DNA of 64,000 nt from Candidatus Binatia bacterium (GTDB lineage Bacteria > Desulfobacterota > Binatia > HRBIN30), in assembly GCA_023150935.1 (NCBI GenBank), contig JAKLJW010000027.1:4556-68555 (forward strand), read 5' to 3'. Below, piece by piece: positions 42,264 to 52,639 of the stretch. The stretch's first letter is position 1, and every line of letters starts with the position of its first letter. The notes under the pieces were generated by a model that had not been told where the DNA came from, did not search any database, and saw only the letters and a list, made by a program, of their open reading frames with translations. The translations under genes and the position numbers were made by a program.

Positions 42264-43082
42264 TTAACGATTCTGCGCGCCGAGTAATGGCTTCAGGGCC
42301 GGGTTGTCGAGGACCTTCGGCAATTGCTTCCAGTCGAACAGGGCGTCGGGAATGGCGGAATCGTAATCGACGTCGGTGATTTTCAAGTCGCTGGCGGTGT
42401 TCATCATGACGTCTTTCATACGCACGTGGAGCACGGTGGGAATGCCCTCGATCGTCGTGACGGTGTCGAACGCCTCCGCCTTCCAGAGTTGGCCCGCCGG
42501 GTCGTAGTACTCGCGTTTGACCGGCAGGTAGTTGTCCGCCGATACCCAGGTGACGACTTTGGAGTAGTAGTACTGTTCCTGGGGAATCGTCTCGGCGATC
42601 TTCCAGGTTTTCGCGCCGTTCAGCGTCTCCGCGCTCATCGTCGTGTAGTTCTTGTGTAAACGAACGAAGCCCAGGTCGGCGAAGGTGAAATCGCTGTCGA
42701 GAAAATTATCGTAGCCCTGGATCGGAAGCATCTTGCGTACCCGCCCGATGGTCGGCGCGTATGTCCAGAGGGTCCCGCCCTGGCCGGGAGCGGTGGGCTC
42801 CTGCAGGAGCATGGCCGTGCCGGCAATGGCGTCGGGCGCGGTCATGACGATGAGCATGTAGTTGCCGGTGGGCAGTTGCTTGCGAGCCTGAATGCCCGTG
42901 AAGCGTACCGTTTCCCCGAGATCGCTCAGCGTCATGTTAAGCGTGCGCAAGCTCGGCTTTGCCGGTTCCATGGCGCCCTTGAGCTGCTGGACGATGCCGC
43001 CCGCGGCGGGCAGTTGCTGCGCCGCGACCGTCGATACGACCAGCCCCACTGCAGCAATCGTTGCGGTAGCGAATCGCTTCAT
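42264..43082 (-). CDS. LolA-like outer-membrane lipoprotein-sorting family protein (secreted)
   Basis: Frame of ORF 42264..43220(-) from ATG 43082. Signal peptide MKRFATATIAAVGLVVSTVAAQQ, DSDFTFADLG motif, mostly beta content. Confidence 0.6.
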   Translation of the reverse strand: MKRFATATIAAVGLVVSTVAAQQLPAAGGIVQQLKGAMEPAKPSLRTLNMTLSDLGETVRFTGIQARKQLPTGNYMLIVMTAPDAIAGTAMLLQEPTAPGQGGTLWTYAPTIGRVRKMLPIQGYDNFLDSDFTFADLGFVRLHKNYTTMSAETLNGAKTWKIAETIPQEQYYYSKVVTWVSADNYLPVKREYYDPAGQLWKAEAFDTVTTIEGIPTVLHVRMKDVMMNTASDLKITDVDYDSAIPDALFDWKQLPKVLDNPALKPLLGAQNR

Positions 43083-43247
43083 ACCCCTCCCTTTCTCTTT
43101 TCCGTGCCGCCGTGAGCCAATGCCAGAGCCGGGGCAAAGGGTCAACAAGGAAAGCGGCCCGGGGTCTCCGCCGCGCGGCGGGAGCGCCCGTCCTTTCCAG
43201 CGCGCGCTCGGTCGAACCATGGGTTGCCGGCTCGCGACCCTCGCGCC

Positions 43248-44537
43248 TTACGCGCCCCGCCCGGGTTCGGCCAGTGAACTCAACAGGGCGGCCTGATAGA
43301 CGCGCTTCAGCGGCACGCCGCGCGCGCGGGCGAGGTGACGGCAGTCCTCGTACTCGGGTGCGGCGTGCTCCGTTCCGTCGTGGGCCGTCGCAACCTTCAC
43401 CCGGACCCGCCCGTAGGGCGTATCGACGGTGCGAATCTCGCGCGGTACGGCAATCCGCTCGACCGTGTGCACGCGCACCCCCAGGCTCGAGGTCTCGCCA
43501 AGCACGATCGCCGTCAGCGCGGCGCGCTCGGCGTCCCCGCACAGGACGCTCAATACGATGCCGGGACGGTTCTTCTTCATGTGTACCGGCGCCAGGTAAA
43601 CGTCGCGCGCGCCGGCTTCGAAGAGCCGCTCGATTATGTGCTCGTAGAATTCGGGATTGAGGTCGTCGATGTTGGTCTCGATAACCGCGAGGCGCTCGTG
43701 GACGGTGTCGGCTTCGGTCTCGCCGAGAATCGTCCGCAGCACATTTGGCCGGTCGGACAGGGTGCGCTGCCCGGCCCCGTAGCCGATGCCCGCGATGCGC
43801 AGCGCGGGTACCGGGTCCGGGGTCGCCAGCGCGGCCACGATCGCCGCACCCGTGGGTGTCACCAGCTCCGTGGTCCCCTCCCCAACCCGTACCGGAAACC
43901 CGCGCAGCAGCTCGACGGTCGCCGGGGCCGGGACCGGCAGCGGCCCGTGCTCGCTGAGCACCGTTCCGCTGCCCATCGGTAACGGCGACGCGTATACGCG
44001 CTCGATACCGAACCAGTGCATGCCGATCGCGCAACCGACGATGTCGACGATGGAATCCACCGCCCCTACCTCGTGGAAGGTGACCGCGTCGGTCGACACC
44101 CCGTGGACCTTCGCCTCCGCCGCGGCGAGCCGCGCAAAGACGGCCAGCGCCGTGTCGCGTACGGCAGGGTCGAGCCCGCCCCGTCGAACGAGATCGCGAA
44201 TGACCCGGTAGGGCCGATGCTCGTGCCCGTGTTCATGCCCGTGATCGCGATGCCCCGCCGACGCCCCCTTGCCTCCGTCCTCGCCCGAGCCTCTGCCCCT
44301 GCCCTTGCCTCTGCCTCCGCCCGAGTCTCCCTCCGTGACGGCGCCGACCCGCACGTTGAACTTCGTGGCGACGATGCCGTTGACGTTGCGCCGGGTAGCC
44401 GACAGCGTGTAGTCCCCGATCGACAGGCGGGCGAGTTCCCCGCGCAGGTGCCGGAGCGGCAGCCCCAGTGCCAGCAGCGCCCCGACGGTCATGTCGCCGC
44501 TGATTCCGGCGATCGTATCGAGATAGAGAACCCGCAT
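43248..44537 (-). CDS. larC: LarC (DUF111) nickel-pincer cofactor nickel insertion protein
   Basis: Frame of ORF 43248..45125(-) from ATG 44537. MRVLYLDTIAGISGDMTVGALLALG, His-rich insert HRDHGHEHGHEH, TFHEVGAVDSIVDIVG. Confidence 0.85.
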   Translation of the reverse strand: MRVLYLDTIAGISGDMTVGALLALGLPLRHLRGELARLSIGDYTLSATRRNVNGIVATKFNVRVGAVTEGDSGGGRGKGRGRGSGEDGGKGASAGHRDHGHEHGHEHRPYRVIRDLVRRGGLDPAVRDTALAVFARLAAAEAKVHGVSTDAVTFHEVGAVDSIVDIVGCAIGMHWFGIERVYASPLPMGSGTVLSEHGPLPVPAPATVELLRGFPVRVGEGTTELVTPTGAAIVAALATPDPVPALRIAGIGYGAGQRTLSDRPNVLRTILGETEADTVHERLAVIETNIDDLNPEFYEHIIERLFEAGARDVYLAPVHMKKNRPGIVLSVLCGDAERAALTAIVLGETSSLGVRVHTVERIAVPREIRTVDTPYGRVRVKVATAHDGTEHAAPEYEDCRHLARARGVPLKRVYQAALLSSLAEPGRGA

Positions 44538-44548
44538 CCTCACGCTCC

Positions 44549-47197
44549 TTACGGCCCTGGCTGCGCGCCGCGCACGTACCGCAGGCCGAGGTCGCACAGA
44601 AACAACACGAGCGCCAGAGGAATCGCCAGCCAGTCGAGCGGGAAGTGCGCCGTGCGGGTGCCCAGTGTGCGGCCGACGAGCTGTTCGAGCGGCGGGTCGA
44701 CCTGGCCGCCGGTGGCGGTGGTGAGCTGCGCGAGCCGTTGACGATCGGGCTGGTCGGCGCGGTATTCCTCCTGCGGGTCGGCGTCCCGGCCGGGGATCCA
44801 TACCAGCTCGGTGCGTTGCGTTACGTTCTGTTCCCGGTCGCGTCTGATTACCGTCACGGGATAGTGTCCGGCCGGCAGGGCGGGGAGCAACCCGGCTAAT
44901 TCGCGCGGGGCCGTCGGCGCGAGTGTAACGTCGACGGGGTCGTCGCCGGCGAGCAACCGTGCCGTCAGCACGGCGCCGTCGGTATCGCCGAAGGAACGCA
45001 CGTGCAGCCGGCTCTGGCCGTCGCGCCGGTCGACGTCGAGCGCATACGCCCACGGCAGTTGATCGCGCAGGGTCCATCGCACCACCTGCGACCAGAACTT
45101 CCCGAAGCCGTCCCAGCCGACCCACGTGTCGGCGTCGTTCTCGAGGCTGGCCGTGAAGGCGACGACGCGGCCGAGACCGAACTGCCAGGCGGCGAGAAGC
45201 GGATCCCGCCGGTCCGGCGCGCCGGCGACATACAGCAGCAGATCGGCACCCGGTTTGGCGCGCGTGTAGGCGTAGCCGCCGACGTCGGGAAGTGCGCGCA
45301 GCGGCAGGCCGCGCAGCGCCTGGGTGGCGTCGCCGGGACGCGGGACGAAAGCGATCTCCCGTCGCGGCGCGCGTTCGACCGCCTGACTGGCGTCGCGCAA
45401 CATGAGCTCCGGCAGCGACTCGGCGTTTTCGACGTGGTAAAAGGCGCCGCCCGTGCGCGTCGCCATCGTTTCCAGCAACTCGAGGTTGACCGTGTCGTCG
45501 CCGATACGGATCGCGGTCACGCTGATCCCGGCTTTGGCGAGCGCCGCCACGAGCGCGTCGTGATCGCCCGCGGCGCGGTTGGTGTCGCCGTCCGTAAGCA
45601 GGATGACGTGCGCGGTCTGAGCCCGCGCGGCAACGAGTTGGGCGCGCGCCGACTCGAGAGCGTCGTAGAAGTCCGTGCCCCCGCCCGGTTGCAGGCGCGG
45701 AATATCACGCTCGAGTAGCAGACGGTTGTCGCGCAGCGGCTTTAGCGCGGCGATGTCGTACGGGCGGGAGTCGAAGGCGATGACGCCGATGAGATCGCTG
45801 TCTTTGAGCTGGCCGACGACTGCCAGAGCGGCGCGGCGCGCGTATGCCAGCTTCGAGCTGTCCTCGCTGCGCTGGGTGCGTTCGGTGACGTGGTAGCCCA
45901 TGCTGTTGGAGCGGTCGACGACGAGGAAGAGGGATACCGGCGCGCGTTCGGCCCGCGGTGGGCGGCGGGGCTCGAGTGTGACCGGGAGCAGACGCTGCAA
46001 GGCAGTCTGGCGAAATCCCGGATCGCCGAAGGTGCGGTCGCCGGCCGCCACCACCAGCCCGCCCCCGTAGTCCCGTACGTACCGTTCCAGCAGTTGCAGG
46101 GCGGCGGGATCGAGGCGCGCGGCGGAGACGTCTTCCAGCAGGACGCAGTGGTGCGCCAGCAAATCGCCGAGGCGGCGCGGGAAGTGCTCGGGCGCCATGG
46201 TCGTGACCGCGACGCCTTTGCGCTCGAGAGCCGCGGCGAGCGGCGAGTGCGAACGCCGACCGATCGACAGTATGCCGACTCTGGCGCCGATCGTTACCGG
46301 TGTCTCGCGGTAATCGTTGCCGGCGACGGTATCGCCGGGTGCGTTGACCTCGGCGCGCAGGCGGTGCGATCCGGCGCCGGTAAGGCGGTACGGGATCTCG
46401 ATCGCGTTAAGGCCCGGTTGCAGGGTTACCGCGTCGGTGCCGATAAGCGACCCGTCGATGTGCAACCGCAGCGGGGCCTCGACGAGCGGCCCGCGATTGC
46501 GCACGGTGAGACGGATGGGAAAAACGCTCTCCGCGGCGACCAGCGGCGGTGTCGTCAGCTTCTCGACGGCGACGTCGACGCCGGCTGCGGCGGGGGGGAC
46601 GGCCGCGTACACGGCGATCCCCGCCCGGCGGGCGCGGACCACCGTGGCGAGACCGTTCCCGCGCGTCTCGTTGCCATCAGTCAAGAGCAGCACCCGGCGC
46701 TCCGCGTCGGCAGGCAGCAGTGCGATCGCGGTCTCGAGGCCGCGCTGGATGTCCGTCGCCGTCGTCGTTACCGGGGTCGCCGGCCAGCGTATCGTGCGCG
46801 CGGTTCCGGGCGGCTGCACGACGGCGGCCTCGCGTCCGAAGACGACGACTCCCAACTCGTCTCCCGGGGCCAGGGCGCTCGCGAGCCGATCGAGATAGCT
46901 CCGCTGCCACGCGCGCCCCCCGGCATCGATGCTCGCGGAAACGTCGACGGCAACGATCAGCGATAGACGGTCCGTGGGCACCCTGACGCTGAGGGCAAGG
47001 CCGGCCAAAGCCAACACGATTAGCGCACAGGCGGCGGCGCGCAGCGCCGTGGCTGCGGCCCACCCGGAGCGGCGGCGACCGAGAAGCAGCACGACGACGA
47101 CCGCAATCAGAGCTGCCATGGCGGCCGGTTGCCGCACCGTTAGACCCAGCGCTTCCGGGTGCGCGAGCAAGTAACGCAGGCCAAGCTCGGGGGTCAT
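44549..47197 (-). CDS. large membrane-anchored double-VWA protein of the MoxR operon
   Basis: Frame of ORF 44549..47770(-). ATG 47197 overlaps the upstream stop (ATGA). Two MIDAS-type segments (VAVDVSASID and LVVDRSNSMG). 882 aa. Confidence 0.78.
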   Translation of the reverse strand: MTPELGLRYLLAHPEALGLTVRQPAAMAALIAVVVVLLLGRRRSGWAAATALRAAACALIVLALAGLALSVRVPTDRLSLIVAVDVSASIDAGGRAWQRSYLDRLASALAPGDELGVVVFGREAAVVQPPGTARTIRWPATPVTTTATDIQRGLETAIALLPADAERRVLLLTDGNETRGNGLATVVRARRAGIAVYAAVPPAAAGVDVAVEKLTTPPLVAAESVFPIRLTVRNRGPLVEAPLRLHIDGSLIGTDAVTLQPGLNAIEIPYRLTGAGSHRLRAEVNAPGDTVAGNDYRETPVTIGARVGILSIGRRSHSPLAAALERKGVAVTTMAPEHFPRRLGDLLAHHCVLLEDVSAARLDPAALQLLERYVRDYGGGLVVAAGDRTFGDPGFRQTALQRLLPVTLEPRRPPRAERAPVSLFLVVDRSNSMGYHVTERTQRSEDSSKLAYARRAALAVVGQLKDSDLIGVIAFDSRPYDIAALKPLRDNRLLLERDIPRLQPGGGTDFYDALESARAQLVAARAQTAHVILLTDGDTNRAAGDHDALVAALAKAGISVTAIRIGDDTVNLELLETMATRTGGAFYHVENAESLPELMLRDASQAVERAPRREIAFVPRPGDATQALRGLPLRALPDVGGYAYTRAKPGADLLLYVAGAPDRRDPLLAAWQFGLGRVVAFTASLENDADTWVGWDGFGKFWSQVVRWTLRDQLPWAYALDVDRRDGQSRLHVRSFGDTDGAVLTARLLAGDDPVDVTLAPTAPRELAGLLPALPAGHYPVTVIRRDREQNVTQRTELVWIPGRDADPQEEYRADQPDRQRLAQLTTATGGQVDPPLEQLVGRTLGTRTAHFPLDWLAIPLALVLFLCDLGLRYVRGAQPGP

Positions 47198-49062
47198 GCC
47201 GGCCTCCGCGTCCACAACGCCCATTCCACCACGAGCAGCACGAGGGCCGCCGCGTAGAGCCACGGCTGCGCTGCGGACACCGACGGCGGCCGCGATCGGC
47301 GGTCGGCGGTCGAACGAGGCGCCGCCGCCGGGAGCTCGGACGAAGCGTCGCGTCCGGCACGACCGATGTCGGATTCCGTCGGGTCGAGGAAGTTCGCCAG
47401 TACCAGACGACTGACGCCGTCGGAACGCACGCGGTACGCCCCCGCCAGTACCGGCTCGAATGCGACCTGCGGGCCCGGGATCGTGCGGGTCGCGCCCTGC
47501 GGTCCGTCCACGGTGACGGTGTCGGTCGGGAAACGGCCGAGGTCCGCCGTCTCGCCGGTGCGGACCACGAACGTCTCGTCGGCGCCAGGCGCCAGCCAGC
47601 CCAGGATGTTGATTGTCAGGAGAAGCAGGTTGACGCGGTCCGTGCGCAGCAGCCCCTCGGCGCCGAGGTCGAACGTAATGCAGGCGACGCGGTGGCCGTC
47701 GCGTTCCCCGGCGAGCACCAGCGGGAATTCGCCCGCTGCCGCCCGCGACCGGACGATGGGCCGCATCCACGGCGGCGCGTCGACCATGCGGCCGCGCCGC
47801 AGGGGCATTGCGGCAAGCGGCCGCAGCCCCCGCAGGGCGGGATGCGTGTCGTCCCAGTCGATGACCTCGACGTCCTCGACCTCGGCGGTGGCGGGGAACA
47901 GCGCGCTGTCGGCGTGCGGGAACACGTAGAGGGCGTTGACGTCTAACGGCGGGTTCGGCGCGAGGCCGTGCAGGACGACGACGTCGGCGTCGCCCGGTCG
48001 CGCCGGGTCGAAGGCCTGCGGGTCGGTTGTGCTCACGACGAGGCCGGAGACGGCGCCGGCCAGCTCGCGCAGCTCTCGTGCCAGCGCCGCATCGTCGGAG
48101 ACGAGGAGGACATGCAGGGGGCGGACCGGTGCGACCCAGGCGAAGGCGGCGTTATCGACGGCGAGGGCGTCGTCGGTTTCCAGCCGCGCGAGCAGCGGGC
48201 CGGCGTTCGGCAGACGATCGAAAAGGAAGCTGCGCGCGCCGCGGCCGGGCAGCGTGAAACCGGTTCGGTTCAGCACCGTGCCCCCCAGCTCGATGGTGAG
48301 CACGCCGTGGCCGTCGTCGGGCGCGAAGTTCTGCACTTGAATCGTCGCCCGCGCTGCCGCGGGGTCCTGAAAACGGCCCTGGAAAACCTGGATACCGGTG
48401 ATCGCCAGGTTGGCGTCGGTCTCTCCGCTCTGGTGGAGCGTCACCCGGTCGCGCATCGTGGCCGGGATGCTCGCCCGCGCCACATCGGTGAAGACGTCGA
48501 TGGCGGTGGGCAGGTCGGTGCGCTGCCGGACGGCATCGGCGAACGCCAGCGTCAGCGTCAGATCGCCGCCGAGGTCGACCGGTTGCAGCGACGTCAGGGC
48601 GGCCCGGACGGCCGCACGATCGCGGGTGAAGTCGACGACGACCCGCGGGCCGTTGTCGGCCGCCAGGAGCATAACCTCGGTATCGCCGGGCAGGCCCGCG
48701 AGACGCTCGGTTGCGGCGGCCCGGGCGCTTTCGAATCGCGTCTGTCGGCCCTCGCGGCTCTGCATGCTCGCGGAGGTGTCGAGTACGAAGATGCGGCGGC
48801 CGGTCGGTTCGCTCTCGGCGAGCCCGGGCCGGTACGGCCTCGCCAGGCCGAGAATGAGCGCGGCCAACGCCAGTGCCTGAACCACGAACAACAGATCGGG
48901 TCGAAAGCGCCGCGCCCGAATGACGTCCTCGCTGACGGCCTGCCAGAGCAGGAGCGACGGTACCACAAGCCGGCGGCGGCGCCGCTCCCACATGTGGTAC
49001 AGCACGAGCAGGCCGTACAGTCCGGCAAGGAGCAGAGCCAGCGGCTCGGCGAGCGCGAACAT
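47194..49062 (-). CDS. BatA-N-terminal-domain / VWA protein
   Basis: 622 aa. N-terminal LALLLAGLYGLLVLYHMWERRRRRLVVPSLLLWQ (aerotolerance BatA-type N-terminus), VWA MIDAS VLDTSASMQ. Confidence 0.8.
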   Translation of the reverse strand: MFALAEPLALLLAGLYGLLVLYHMWERRRRRLVVPSLLLWQAVSEDVIRARRFRPDLLFVVQALALAALILGLARPYRPGLAESEPTGRRIFVLDTSASMQSREGRQTRFESARAAATERLAGLPGDTEVMLLAADNGPRVVVDFTRDRAAVRAALTSLQPVDLGGDLTLTLAFADAVRQRTDLPTAIDVFTDVARASIPATMRDRVTLHQSGETDANLAITGIQVFQGRFQDPAAARATIQVQNFAPDDGHGVLTIELGGTVLNRTGFTLPGRGARSFLFDRLPNAGPLLARLETDDALAVDNAAFAWVAPVRPLHVLLVSDDAALARELRELAGAVSGLVVSTTDPQAFDPARPGDADVVVLHGLAPNPPLDVNALYVFPHADSALFPATAEVEDVEVIDWDDTHPALRGLRPLAAMPLRRGRMVDAPPWMRPIVRSRAAAGEFPLVLAGERDGHRVACITFDLGAEGLLRTDRVNLLLLTINILGWLAPGADETFVVRTGETADLGRFPTDTVTVDGPQGATRTIPGPQVAFEPVLAGAYRVRSDGVSRLVLANFLDPTESDIGRAGRDASSELPAAAPRSTADRRSRPPSVSAAQPWLYAAALVLLVVEWALWTRRPA

Positions 49063-49067
49063 CGCAG

Positions 49068-50015
49068 TCAGTGCACCAGCCCCAGCCCGGGCAGGTCCTC
49101 GAACAGCGCCCGGTCGATACCCGCGGCCGGGTCCACCACCGCCAGCATCACCCCGGAACGGCGACAGAAGGCTTCGAGTCCGCCAAGGTGGTCGCGCAGC
49201 GCGGCCTGGTAGCGGGTGAGGTTGGCCGGTCCGAGGGTGACGAATCGGCGCGCGCCCGTCTCCGCGTCAACGAGTTCGGCGCGCCGGAACAATCGCACCG
49301 GATCGCGCTCGCCCGGACCGAGAACGCGCACGGCGGCGACCGTGAATCGCCGGCCGGCCAGCAGCCCGAGAGCCGACTCGTAGAGAGGGGCCGGGACGAG
49401 GAAGTCCGATACGACCACGGCGACCCCGGGGGTTCCGCGCCCGCGCAGCGCGGCGGCAATACCGTCGGCGAGCGCCGTGTCGCCGGCGGGGCGCAGCTCG
49501 AGCAGAAAATCGCGCAGCCGTTCGAGGCCGGTGCGGTGGCGGACGAACGGTGACGCGACGAAGCCGGCGGGAAGTGTGCCGCCGAGCGCGACGATGCGCG
49601 CCGGGTCGTGGTTGCGCACGCTGACGTAGGTCAGGCAGGCGGCCAGTGCGGCGGCGAAGCCGATCTTGTTGTCCGCGGGCGGAAAGTGCATCGATGCCGA
49701 AGTGTCGACGAACACGTGCAGCGGCGCCTCGCGTTCGGCGCGGAAGGTCTTGATCAGAAGCTGGTCGAGACGGCCGTAAGCGTTCCAGTCGAGGTGACGC
49801 AGGTCGTCTCCGGCGGCGTAGGTCTTGTGGCTTTCGAGCTCGAGACCGTAGCCCTGGGCCCCGCGTGGCATCGGGGTGTTGCCGGGGCGCGTGCTCAACG
49901 AGTGCCGCACCCGCAAGCGCAGGCGGTCGAGCTTGCGGAGGAACTCCGGCGCATTCGCCACGGCGAGCGCGGCGGCGAGCGGCGAGACTTCAGCGCCGTA
50001 GCCGTCGGGTGGCAT
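49068..50015 (-). CDS. DUF58 domain protein
   Basis: Frame of ORF 49068..50054(-). HKTYAAGDDLRHLDWNAYGRLDQLLIKTF is the DUF58 signature. It follows MoxR as usual. Confidence 0.85.
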   Translation of the reverse strand: MPPDGYGAEVSPLAAALAVANAPEFLRKLDRLRLRVRHSLSTRPGNTPMPRGAQGYGLELESHKTYAAGDDLRHLDWNAYGRLDQLLIKTFRAEREAPLHVFVDTSASMHFPPADNKIGFAAALAACLTYVSVRNHDPARIVALGGTLPAGFVASPFVRHRTGLERLRDFLLELRPAGDTALADGIAAALRGRGTPGVAVVVSDFLVPAPLYESALGLLAGRRFTVAAVRVLGPGERDPVRLFRRAELVDAETGARRFVTLGPANLTRYQAALRDHLGGLEAFCRRSGVMLAVVDPAAGIDRALFEDLPGLGLVH

Positions 50016-51036
50016 GGACGACCCGCTCGACCAGGGTAATTGGATCGATGGCATCGGTCACCGCCGCGAAGTTGAGCACCAGCCGGTGATTGAGCGCGGG
50101 AACGGCAACCGCGTCGATGTCGTCGTAGGCGACGTTGACCCGTCCATCGAGGAGGGCCCGAACCTTGGCCCCGAGCAGCAGGGCCTGCCCGCCCCGCGGA
50201 CTGGAGCCGAAGCTGACGTAGCGACTGACCGTGTCGTCGGTTGCGGTCGGGGCCCGATCGCGGGGCGCGTACTTCGAGCCCACCGGCAGTGTCGCCCGCA
50301 CCATTGCCGCCGCGTATTCCGCCAGCGGCGGAGCCACCAGCACTTCGCGCACGAGGTGGCGCAGCGCCTCGATGCGCGCGGCCGCTTCTTCGGCGGCGAA
50401 CACCGGCGCGATCGATGCCACCGCCTCGCCGGTGGTCGAATCGAGGATACGCTGCATGTCGGCATGATCGGGATAAGGGAGCAGTACCTTGAACAGGAAG
50501 CGGTCTATCTGCGCCTCGGGCAGGGGATAGGTACCCTCCATCTCGATGGGATTGAGCGTCGCGAGGACAAAGAACGGCGGGTCCAGCCGGTAGGTCGTGC
50601 CGGCGACGGTCACCTGCAACTCGGCCATCGCTTCGAGTAGCGCCGACTGGGTCTTCGGCGTGGCGCGATTGATTTCGTCGGCAAGGACGACGTGGGCGAA
50701 CAGGGGACCGGGGACGAACACGAAGTCGCGGCGGCCGTCGGTTTCGGCCACCATGCGCGTGCCGGTGATGTCGGCGGGCATCAGGTCGACGGTGAACTGG
50801 ACGCGGCTGAAAGAGAGATTCAGCGCCGCGCCGAGCGAGCGAACGATGAGCGTCTTGCCCGTGCCGGGGACGCCTTCGATGAGTACATGTCCGCCGGCGA
50901 AGAATGCGATCAGGATCTGTTCGAGGATGTCGGCGTGGCCGACGATGACACGGCCCAGCTCCGTGCGCAGCCGCTGAAACGTATCGGTGAAGTCGCGGAC
51001 CGCGTGTGCCGCGGCGGTTGCCGGTGCCGTACTCAT
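49990..51036 (-). CDS. moxR: MoxR-family AAA+ ATPase
   Basis: 348 aa. GHVLIEGVPGTGKTL Walker A, VLADEINR Walker B, LPEAQIDRF. Confidence 0.92.
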   Translation of the reverse strand: MSTAPATAAAHAVRDFTDTFQRLRTELGRVIVGHADILEQILIAFFAGGHVLIEGVPGTGKTLIVRSLGAALNLSFSRVQFTVDLMPADITGTRMVAETDGRRDFVFVPGPLFAHVVLADEINRATPKTQSALLEAMAELQVTVAGTTYRLDPPFFVLATLNPIEMEGTYPLPEAQIDRFLFKVLLPYPDHADMQRILDSTTGEAVASIAPVFAAEEAAARIEALRHLVREVLVAPPLAEYAAAMVRATLPVGSKYAPRDRAPTATDDTVSRYVSFGSSPRGGQALLLGAKVRALLDGRVNVAYDDIDAVAVPALNHRLVLNFAAVTDAIDPITLVERVVHATRRLRR

Positions 51037-52442
51037 GGTTCCTCCCGAATCGAATACACGCGCCGGACCAGATCCTCGTATTCGGGAGGAACTTCCGCCT
51101 TGCGCAGCAGATCGTCGGCCAACTGAGTGTCGCTCAGTGAGGGTGTGGGCCGCGCGGCCGCGCCGGCGCGAGCCTGCCCGCCGGCCGCGCGCGAGATGCC
51201 CGGGTTACGCTCGATCGACTTGAGGAACGACCCGATCGTGACCTTGAACGGAGCCGCGTTGCCGGCGCCGGGAGTGCCGCCCTCGGGCCGCCGTGCCAGC
51301 AGACTGCCCGCCTGCGATCCACCGCCCGCCGGCGGGGCTGCGCCGGTGGCCGGTTTGACGTCGCCCGCCCGTTTCCCGTCGTCATCACCGGTCTCGGTCC
51401 GCCCGGCGGGTCGCGTGCCGGAGTCGGGTCCGGGGGTTCCCGCGGTCTGCGGTTCGCGATCCGGCGATTCGCCGTCTCCGGGACTTTCGTTGCCGGCCTT
51501 GACTCCATGACGCGCGCGGGCGTCGAGCGGGCTGCTCGATGTGCCGTTGCCGTCCCGATTGCCGGGCTGCGGCTGGCCGGTGCCCGGCTCCGTGCCGGCG
51601 CCGCCGTGGTCGGCGTTGGTGACAGCTCTCGCCAGGGATTGCGGCCGGCCGACGCTTTCGCCTTGCACGGCGGCAAGGATGGCCTGCCGGAGCTGGTCAG
51701 GCAGATCGGGCGCCGGGCTTGCGGCCGACTGCGTCGCGGCCGCGCTCTCGCCCGGATCGGCGCCGTCCCCGCCGGCCCGTTCGCCGCCGCGGTTCAGGGT
51801 GTCGGTGTGGCGCGATCCGTCGTTGCGCAACCGGTCGCCCTGTTCCGGGCCCCGCGAGATCTGTCGGGAGTCGCGGGGCGGGACGTTCCGGGGCGGCGGA
51901 TTGGGTGCCGTAGCGGGTTGGTTCTGGAGCAGGCGCGCAAGCGGCTGTGCTCGCGGCCACAGCGCGACGCCGGCGAGAACGCCGAGCGCCACGAGCAAGC
52001 CGAGGGCACCGCGCGGCAGTCGGCGCGGGAATGCCCGGGCCGGCCGCCAGAGAGCGCCAAGGTCCGCGGTCTGGGCGACGAGGAGCGGAAGCAGCGGCGA
52101 GGATTCGCGATCCCGGGGTAAGGCGGCGAGTGTGGTGAGCCGATCGGAGAGCCGAGCCCGGCGATCGGCGATCCGCGCCGCGGCGATGACGTCGACCCGG
52201 TGCCGACGTGCGTATACGAGGGCGGCGGCGACGGCTGCCGCCGTGCCTACCAGGGCGAGCGCCGTGGCGAGCCGAAACATGGCGCTCGAGCCCCACAGTG
52301 CCGCGGCCGTCAGCGCGGCGGCCAGCAGCGAGAGCACGGTAGCCGTGGCGCAAGCGGCGTCGAGAAGCACGAAACGATTGGCGCGCTGCCGGACTGCACG
52401 CAGTTGCCGGTCGACGCCGGCCAGGCCTTCGGGAGCGGGCAT
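51033..52442 (-). CDS. membrane protein with long Pro/Gly/Ala-rich low-complexity region, first gene of the MoxR operon
   Basis: 469 aa. Two N-terminal TM segments, C-terminal ...VPPEYEDLVRRVYSI motif. Its stop overlaps the moxR start. Confidence 0.6.
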   Translation of the reverse strand: MPAPEGLAGVDRQLRAVRQRANRFVLLDAACATATVLSLLAAALTAAALWGSSAMFRLATALALVGTAAAVAAALVYARRHRVDVIAAARIADRRARLSDRLTTLAALPRDRESSPLLPLLVAQTADLGALWRPARAFPRRLPRGALGLLVALGVLAGVALWPRAQPLARLLQNQPATAPNPPPRNVPPRDSRQISRGPEQGDRLRNDGSRHTDTLNRGGERAGGDGADPGESAAATQSAASPAPDLPDQLRQAILAAVQGESVGRPQSLARAVTNADHGGAGTEPGTGQPQPGNRDGNGTSSSPLDARARHGVKAGNESPGDGESPDREPQTAGTPGPDSGTRPAGRTETGDDDGKRAGDVKPATGAAPPAGGGSQAGSLLARRPEGGTPGAGNAAPFKVTIGSFLKSIERNPGISRAAGGQARAGAAARPTPSLSDTQLADDLLRKAEVPPEYEDLVRRVYSIREEP

Positions 52443-52639
52443 GATGCGCGTGCGGCGAAGATAGAGGAGGGGGTCGAGGGGGTCAACACTGCGATCGGCG
52501 CTGGGGGTTTTGGGTTGATGCGCGACGGCGGCTGTAGTAACCAGCGGACACTGGGGGAGGGCGCGGTCGCGCCCTGCCGATTGCGTTAGTCGATGCAGCG
52601 CACGCCCGGAGCGGCGGTACCGTGCGGAAGGAGGTTCTG

